Positions 58,026 to 64,000 of a stretch of 64,000 nt of DNA are shown one piece after another. The notes under the pieces were generated by a model, which was not told the origin of the DNA, did no database searches, and saw nothing but the letters and a program-made list of their open reading frames with translations. Position 1 is the stretch's first letter; each line of letters begins with the position of its first letter. Position numbers and translations under genes: made by a program. The stretch is from an uncultured virus (IMG/VR IMGVR_UViG_3300042901_000675) (taxonomy: Duplodnaviria; Heunggongvirae; Uroviricota; Caudoviricetes): the IMG/VR virus record IMGVR_UViG_3300042901_000675; one strand, given 5' to 3'.

Positions 58026-58405
58026 TGCAACTAAAAGACTTTTTATCTAGTATAAACCATGACAAGAAACCTCTTCTCGATACAGATGAGGGCGCGGTCA
58101 AGGCATATACACCGTTTGTAGTCAATCGGTGTTTATCTTATTTTGCAGATACCTTATTTCATGCCAACGAGATGAATTGTTCTCCTTGGTTAGACAACAA
58201 GAGTCAATTTGATTTCTATCGGCTTGCTGTTCGTAAAAAGAAGCGGTTTTCTCCTTGGTTACGTAAAGATACCGAAGAGAATGTAACGCTAATAAAGCAG
58301 GCATATGGTTACACAGAATCCAAGGCTAGAGAAGTACTAAATATACTGAGTACCGAGGATTTGCAAGAAATACGCAAAGCCCTTGATACTGGTGGTGTGA
58401 GGTAA
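58025..58405 (+). CDS. gp62: Clamp loader small subunit
   Basis: YTPFVVNRCLS, ANEMN, RKKKRFSPW, YGY..KA, DTGG. Confidence 0.93.
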   Translation: MQLKDFLSSINHDKKPLLDTDEGAVKAYTPFVVNRCLSYFADTLFHANEMNCSPWLDNKSQFDFYRLAVRKKKRFSPWLRKDTEENVTLIKQAYGYTESKAREVLNILSTEDLQEIRKALDTGGVR

Positions 58406-58422
58406 TTTAGTAAGGATTTGTT

Positions 58423-58848
58423 ATGTCTGATCTATCTGATAAAACATTTAAAAATATTGGCGTTCATATTACTCTTTTGGATGAAGAAGATTTCATGGTT
58501 GTTCGTGAAACTCTTTCTCGTATTGGTGTATCTCCAAAAGGAAAGAATGTCTTATACCAATCATGTCATCTAATTCATAAAGATGACGTTTATATCATTG
58601 CACACTTCAAAGAACTATTTGCACTAGATGATCTTCCATCTAATGTATCAGATGAAGATTTGCAAAGACGTAATGCTATCGTTAAATTACTCGAAGAATG
58701 GGAACTTCTTGAAGTAGTTGATAAAGATAAACTTAAAGATTGTATGCCAATCAATGGTATTAAAATTATTAAGCACACAGAAAAAGATAATTGGGATTTG
58801 ATTCCTAAATTTAATACCGGATCACTACGTAAATTTTTTAATTCATAA
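58423..58848 (+). CDS. regA: Translational repressor
   Basis: DF..VRETLSRIG, LYQSCHLIHK, HFKELFALD, RRN.I..LL.EW. Confidence 0.93.
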   Translation: MSDLSDKTFKNIGVHITLLDEEDFMVVRETLSRIGVSPKGKNVLYQSCHLIHKDDVYIIAHFKELFALDDLPSNVSDEDLQRRNAIVKLLEEWELLEVVDKDKLKDCMPINGIKIIKHTEKDNWDLIPKFNTGSLRKFFNS

Positions 58849-58850
58849 GG

Positions 58851-60074
58851 ATGACTATGTATAATTTGACACTATCTATGATCGTTAAGGACGAAGCACC
58901 AAATATCGAAAGATGCCTAGCTTCATGCGCACCGTTTATTAATTATTATGTTATTTGTGATACGGGTTCAACCGATAACACAAAGGAAATAATTAAGAAG
59001 TTCTTTGATGAAAAGGGAATTCCTGGTGAAATTCTAGATCATGAATGGTCTGATTTCGGAACCAACCGATCCAAGGCATTGGAAGCGTGCATGGGTAAAA
59101 CCAAGTGGGTTATGATGATTGATGCGGATGATTTTCTTGTTGGAGAACTACCAGTAGCATCCTTCGATGATACATTAGATGGTTATGTTGTACAAATAAA
59201 AAGAGGTGAGTTTCAGTGGCTTCGTGCACAAGTTTTCAATGTTGCTAGAAAGAAGTGGTGGTATGAAGAACCGTTGCATGAATATGCAATGTGTGAACAG
59301 CCCATGAATGTTAAAAAGCTTGAAGGTAATTATGGATGGGAAGTCCGTACCGAAGGTTGTCGTTCACGTGCCGTTGCTAATGATATTGAAAAGTATACTA
59401 AAGATTATCATATTCTTAAGTCGTACCTAGATAAAGATCCAAATCAACCTCGTAAACAATTTTATGCCGCCCAATCGGCATTTGATGCCAGAATGTACGA
59501 TGTTGCAGAAGTAGAATATATGGCACGAATTAAACTTGAATCCTGGCACGAAGAAGTATTCTTCTCTTGGATGCGAGTAGGTATGTGTCGTGAATTCCAA
59601 GGAAAACCTGTACATGAAATTGCAGATGCCTTTATGATGGCATTTGAGACTGCTCCTAATCGAGTAGAACCACTATATCATCTTTCTTGCATTTATAGAA
59701 AGTATAATAGACCTAGAAATGCATTCTTGGTAGCTTCATTGGGTCTTAGTATTCCTCTTCCAGAAAATGACATTCTTTTTGTTGACAAGGCAAATTATGC
59801 ATGGGGAATTTTTGATGAGGTTGCTACAACTGCATATTACACTGGTAGACCTGAAATTGGTATTGCAACATGTGAAAAGTTGTTAAAGGAACCACATCTG
59901 CCACAGGAACACAGAGAAAGAATTGCCAATAATTATAAAATTTATGGCCAAGGTATGCAAAAGATGCAAGAAGCTCTTGCTAACCAAAATAAAGAATGGG
60001 CAGAAAAGGTAACCAAAGCAACTAATAAAACAACTTTGGTAATGGATCCCAAAGCCGCTACGGTCAAACTCTGA
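58851..60074 (+). CDS. GT2 glycosyltransferase with C-terminal TPR repeats
   Basis: MIVKDE, DTGSTD, F..NRS.AL, IDAD, LHE, followed by a helical TPR-like region (FYAAQS, PNRVEP). Confidence 0.85.
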   Translation: MTMYNLTLSMIVKDEAPNIERCLASCAPFINYYVICDTGSTDNTKEIIKKFFDEKGIPGEILDHEWSDFGTNRSKALEACMGKTKWVMMIDADDFLVGELPVASFDDTLDGYVVQIKRGEFQWLRAQVFNVARKKWWYEEPLHEYAMCEQPMNVKKLEGNYGWEVRTEGCRSRAVANDIEKYTKDYHILKSYLDKDPNQPRKQFYAAQSAFDARMYDVAEVEYMARIKLESWHEEVFFSWMRVGMCREFQGKPVHEIADAFMMAFETAPNRVEPLYHLSCIYRKYNRPRNAFLVASLGLSIPLPENDILFVDKANYAWGIFDEVATTAYYTGRPEIGIATCEKLLKEPHLPQEHRERIANNYKIYGQGMQKMQEALANQNKEWAEKVTKATNKTTLVMDPKAATVKL

Positions 60075-60152
60075 TAATCTTCAAAGCTTCTAAATATAGG
60101 AGAATCTATAATAGCCTTTAATAGGGCTATTATTCTTTGGAGAATCCTAATA

Positions 60153-60551
60153 ATGTCAGATAACTTTAATCCAGTTGTTGTCAAAGGTGATACGTTAACT
60201 TGGGTGATGAATCTTGCTAATGCAGCGGGGAATACCTTTGATTTGGGTGGATCTACATTATCCATGCAAGTTAGAAAAAGTTATCATCCAAGTGGTCTTT
60301 TAGTCTCATATGAGCTTGGAATACCAGCTGGATCTGTAGTTGTTCCTGTAGATGGAATTACTGGAGGATTGGCAGCAAGTGCTACAGGGGGAACAATATA
60401 TGTTACTATTGGCTCCGAATACACTAAAAGTTTTTCAGAATATTCTTCATCATTTTATGATATGCAACTTCAATACCCAAATAATGGTGGTGTAGTCACC
60501 CTATTAAGAGGAAGAATTGAAACTCTTCCTGATGTAACTGAGAGTACTTAA
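60153..60551 (+). CDS. Ig-like/BppU-like tail fibre adaptor
   Basis: KGDT, FDLGG...MQVR, YDMQL...LLRG.I..P.VT; precedes the fibre gene. Confidence 0.65.
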   Translation: MSDNFNPVVVKGDTLTWVMNLANAAGNTFDLGGSTLSMQVRKSYHPSGLLVSYELGIPAGSVVVPVDGITGGLAASATGGTIYVTIGSEYTKSFSEYSSSFYDMQLQYPNNGGVVTLLRGRIETLPDVTEST

Positions 60552-60552
60552 T

Positions 60553-63500
60553 ATGGCAAGCCCAAGCAAAACAGTTCAAGTAACCGTATATCCAACTCCC
60601 TATGCTGTTGAAGGTGTTCCTGGAGTACCAGGATCAACTGGACCAGCTGGTCCACAAGGTAATACAGGTCAAGGTTTCTTTTTATTAAATTTTACAGGTT
60701 CTATTACTGTAAATTATGGTACTAGTAGTACATTAAATGTTAACTTAGCTTCGAATGCTAATGCAATATCTGTTGGACACACAATAAAAATAAGTTTTAC
60801 AGATATTGGAAATTATATTTATGGAACAGTTACGGCATATTCTGGTAATCAAATAACATTTATTCAAGTTAGCGGTACGGCTGTTAATGGTAATACGTCT
60901 AATGTTGGTACAATTATTTACGATACTATTCCTGCAGATGATGGTATTGCTACACAGATGGCTCTCACTACAACCAATACTGAAGATGTACAATATCTTG
61001 TATTTGCTGGTGGGTGTGGTAACCAAGCATTAAAAATTGATGGAGGACTCTCTCCTCTTAGATATACTCCTAACCCATCACAATTATCTCTTAATTCAGT
61101 ATTAGTAGGTAGTGGAAGTTTTGAAGTAGAACTAAGCGGAGCGGAGTTGTCTGCAACTAGTTTCTTTTACTTTAGAGCACAAGATGGAATATTCTTTCAA
61201 GATCGTAGTCTTGTTCAATTGGGTGATGTAGAATCTAATAATTATGGAACGGTTTTAGAAGTATTGGGATCAACTAGTTCTAATATGGTTAAGATCCGAA
61301 ACCAAAATCCACTTTCTCCTGATACCAATCTTGTGATTAATAGAAATAGTGTTTTAGCTAGAACCCATGCTATAGAAGTTAATAAAAGTGATGGAAAAAT
61401 TCTAAAGCTTATTTACAACGATGTTACTGATGGTGCTATTACAAATGCTACTTTAGACCTTTCATCATCTGGAAATATGATTCTAACACCAAGTGGTGGT
61501 TTAGTATATATTAATGGTAATATTGGTGTTAGTGGGAGTTATCAGGGAACTGTTGTACAAAGTATAAATGGCATTACTGGAACGATAGATTTTCTTGCTG
61601 GTCAAAATGTAACATTGGGGATTAGTGGAAATAGTGTAACTATCGCATCTTCTGGTGGTATTACTAGTGGAGTCTCATCACTTAATGGTCTTAGTGGTGG
61701 TATTAATTTAGTAGCAGGTTTAAATGTTGGTATAACTTTATCTGGTAATAATATTGAAATTTCTTCTATTGGGGGAGTTGGTTCAACTGGTCCTACTGGT
61801 CCACAAGGAAATACTGGTGCTACTGGTCCACAAGGAAATACTGGTGCCACTGGTGCAGGTTCCACGGCTCCTGGTCCTACTGGTCCTCAAGGAAATACTG
61901 GAAATCAGGGAAATACTGGTGCAACTGGTGCAACATCTACTGTTCCCGGCCCAACAGGTCCGCAAGGAAATACTGGGAATCAAGGAAATACGGGCGCAAC
62001 TGGTAGAACAGGTAATACAGGTGCAACTGGTGCAGATTCAACCGTTCCTGGTCCTAGAGGCAATACTGGTTCAACGGGTTCCACTGGTGCTACTGGTAAT
62101 GCTGGTCCAACTGGTAGTACGGGGCTAGCTGGTGATATTTACAAATCAACAGGTACAGCGGGTATAACCTTGGCATCTATTGGTGCTGGTGTTACATTAA
62201 CAGTGCCATCTGGATTAGCCTATAGTAAAGTTCAAACTGTTTTAGTTGCAGCTGGAGCATCTCAATATTTTATCGCAACAGTTAATAGTTATAGTGGTGT
62301 AACATTATCTCTTGTTGTTAATTCTGTTACTGGTACCGCGTATTCAAATTCATGGGATGTAAATCTTAATGGTGCTGTTGGACAAAAGGGCGATCAAGGA
62401 ATTCAAGGTCCTACTGGTCTACAAGGAACTACTGGTAATACAGGTTCTACAGGAAATACTGGTAATACTGGTGCTACTGGTATTCAAGGTACTACAGGTA
62501 ATACTGGTGCAACCGGTATTCAGGGGAATACTGGTGCTACTGGTAATGTAACGCTTTCTGGTCTTTGTTTCACACAATCTGGTAGCGGTGCAGTAGCTCG
62601 TACAATTGACAGTAAATTGAAAGATGTATTTTCTGTTAAGGACTTTGGTGCAGTTGGTGATGGTATTACAGATGATAGAGCCGCTATTCAAACAGCATTG
62701 GGTGCTATGTTTGGATTGAGCGGTATCTCTTCGGGAACAATATATTTTCCATATGGAAGATATAAAATAAATGCAGCACTTGGTTATGAACCTGTTAATA
62801 AAGATATTAAACTTTTAGGAGATAATGCCACTATCCAATGGGGTTCTGCTACTGGTGCTGGAATGTTGACATTAAACGGAAATACCAACTATATTCATAT
62901 AGAAGGTATAATTTTTGATGCAAATAATACAAATTCTAGAATTTTTCAATCTTATTCTGCTGCTCAATCAGCTGCAAGAATTTTTATTAATAATTGTCAG
63001 TTTCTTAATACTTTTGCTACAACTGAAACACCAGCGAGTTTAGGATGTTATATTGAGGGTGGGTTTGAAAGTGTTACATTAACAAATTCATTATTTAAAA
63101 ATATACTTAGATCTTCGGCTGGAATAACTGGTGGTGGTTGTCAAGCCTTTGTTGTAACAAACCGAGGCGCAGAAACCCAATATGCTGAATGGGTTAATGT
63201 AACAAATAATGTATTTGAAAATATTTTAACAGGAACTTCTGGTGGAAATGTTGAGAGAAACTCTGATGCCGATGGAGTGGTATTATTTGGTGGAAGAACA
63301 TATGGTGCAAATACTATTCCTGCAAGCAGTATTGTAGCAAATAATAAATTCACAAATTGCCAAGGTCGTTCAATAAAAATTCAAGGAGATGAATCCACAA
63401 TAACTGGCAATCAAATCTATTGTAATGTTAGATCGATTGCTAGAGGATCACCGCACATAAATCCTCAAATTGCTGTTGGCAATGTTAGCAATAATACATT

Positions 63501-64000
63501 CCACTTTGATGTTACATCTGATGGAAAAAGTCCATTTACACACGATGGTTTGCCAATAGTTGCTGATACCAGTTTTCCTTATTATAGTTCTACTGCAATC
63601 GGATTTTATACTGATATGAGTATGGGTAGACCAAAGTATTATACAGTTAGAAATAATACTATTATTAATAATGTTCCTGCATCTATTGGAGTATATAGAG
63701 GAGGTGTTATATCTGTAGCTGAGAATGATGGTACCCAAGCTTCTGGACTCCCTGCACTAGCAATAGAACCATTATTTGTAAATGCAGATGGAAATTCTAT
63801 TATTGGAAAAGGAGAATCTCAAAGATTAGCAATGTTATGTACCCGAGGGCTACAAACTGACGGTGCTACGTCTTATGCTCCCCCATCTCAAACTGCATTA
63901 TATGCAACAATAACAAATAATTATGTTGCCAAAATATCAGCACCCTTTACAGGCGGATTAACTTTAACACCAATATATGGAAGTATTGTATCTACAGGTG
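60553..64000 (+). CDS. Tail fibre/tailspike with collagen-like repeats and a pectate-lyase-like beta-helix (partial, over 1149 aa)
   Basis: Not in the track because it has no stop in the window. ATG at 60553; Gly-X-Y runs; [30 protein letters not shown] tailspike motif at about 62581-62680. Confidence 0.88.
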   Translation, partial: MASPSKTVQVTVYPTPYAVEGVPGVPGSTGPAGPQGNTGQGFFLLNFTGSITVNYGTSSTLNVNLASNANAISVGHTIKISFTDIGNYIYGTVTAYSGNQITFIQVSGTAVNGNTSNVGTIIYDTIPADDGIATQMALTTTNTEDVQYLVFAGGCGNQALKIDGGLSPLRYTPNPSQLSLNSVLVGSGSFEVELSGAELSATSFFYFRAQDGIFFQDRSLVQLGDVESNNYGTVLEVLGSTSSNMVKIRNQNPLSPDTNLVINRNSVLARTHAIEVNKSDGKILKLIYNDVTDGAITNATLDLSSSGNMILTPSGGLVYINGNIGVSGSYQGTVVQSINGITGTIDFLAGQNVTLGISGNSVTIASSGGITSGVSSLNGLSGGINLVAGLNVGITLSGNNIEISSIGGVGSTGPTGPQGNTGATGPQGNTGATGAGSTAPGPTGPQGNTGNQGNTGATGATSTVPGPTGPQGNTGNQGNTGATGRTGNTGATGADSTVPGPRGNTGSTGSTGATGNAGPTGSTGLAGDIYKSTGTAGITLASIGAGVTLTVPSGLAYSKVQTVLVAAGASQYFIATVNSYSGVTLSLVVNSVTGTAYSNSWDVNLNGAVGQKGDQGIQGPTGLQGTTGNTGSTGNTGNTGATGIQGTTGNTGATGIQGNTGATGNVTLSGLCFTQSGSGAVARTIDSKLKDVFSVKDFGAVGDGITDDRAAIQTALGAMFGLSGISSGTIYFPYGRYKINAALGYEPVNKDIKLLGDNATIQWGSATGAGMLTLNGNTNYIHIEGIIFDANNTNSRIFQSYSAAQSAARIFINNCQFLNTFATTETPASLGCYIEGGFESVTLTNSLFKNILRSSAGITGGGCQAFVVTNRGAETQYAEWVNVTNNVFENILTGTSGGNVERNSDADGVVLFGGRTYGANTIPASSIVANNKFTNCQGRSIKIQGDESTITGNQIYCNVRSIARGSPHINPQIAVGNVSNNTFHFDVTSDGKSPFTHDGLPIVADTSFPYYSSTAIGFYTDMSMGRPKYYTVRNNTIINNVPASIGVYRGGVISVAENDGTQASGLPALAIEPLFVNADGNSIIGKGESQRLAMLCTRGLQTDGATSYAPPSQTALYATITNNYVAKISAPFTGGLTLTPIYGSIVSTG
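61780..62550 (+). repeat. Collagen-like Gly-X-Y coding repeats ([12 protein letters not shown])
   Basis: Repeated GGTCCACAAGGAAATACTGGTGC-type units in two blocks (about 61780-62130 and 62370-62550). Confidence 0.85.

Noticed and set aside
61602..62691. Short ORFs in other frames over the collagen repeats
   Set aside because: They are shadows of the Gly-X-Y coding repeat in the long fibre gene.
1..64000. Stop-codon reassignment, introns/inteins, diversity-generating retroelement, tRNA genes
   Set aside because: Core genes are intact under the standard code with all three stop codons used. gp17, gp20, gp23 and gp46 are of normal length. No reverse transcriptase or cloverleaf was recognised by eye; a tRNA scan was not run.

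Overview
64 kb of a large T4-like (myovirus-type) dsDNA phage genome, AT-rich except for a GC-rich first ~1.25 kb. The T4 core is present: gp33, gp32, a baseplate/tail module, gp13-gp23, gp3, uvsW/uvsY, gp55, gp47/46, gp45/44/62 and regA. Accessory genes include guaC, a DenV-like glycosylase, a T4-type lysozyme, a Zn-deaminase, a 14-gene glycan biosynthesis cluster, a GT2-TPR enzyme and a collagen/beta-helix tail fibre that runs off the right edge. The most unusual signals are these. (1) An array of self-contained GC-rich mini-gene cassettes, each driven by CTGCAGTCACRACAA-N7-TAYAAT-N6-start, including a perfect 30-bp inverted pair. (2) An apparently miniaturised contractile tail: a -1 frameshift chaperone followed by a 156-aa ORF in the tape-measure slot, short gp6 and gp18, a split Cys-rich hub and no gp5 in the module. 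(3) Window-wide leaderless genes and sigma70-type promoters with a near-invariant 16-nt spacer. (4) A 1233-aa protein with about 75 Cys, plus recurring G-x-T/G-x-C motifs in virion proteins alongside many glycosyltransferases. All calls come from motif recognition and synteny by eye; no database searches were run.
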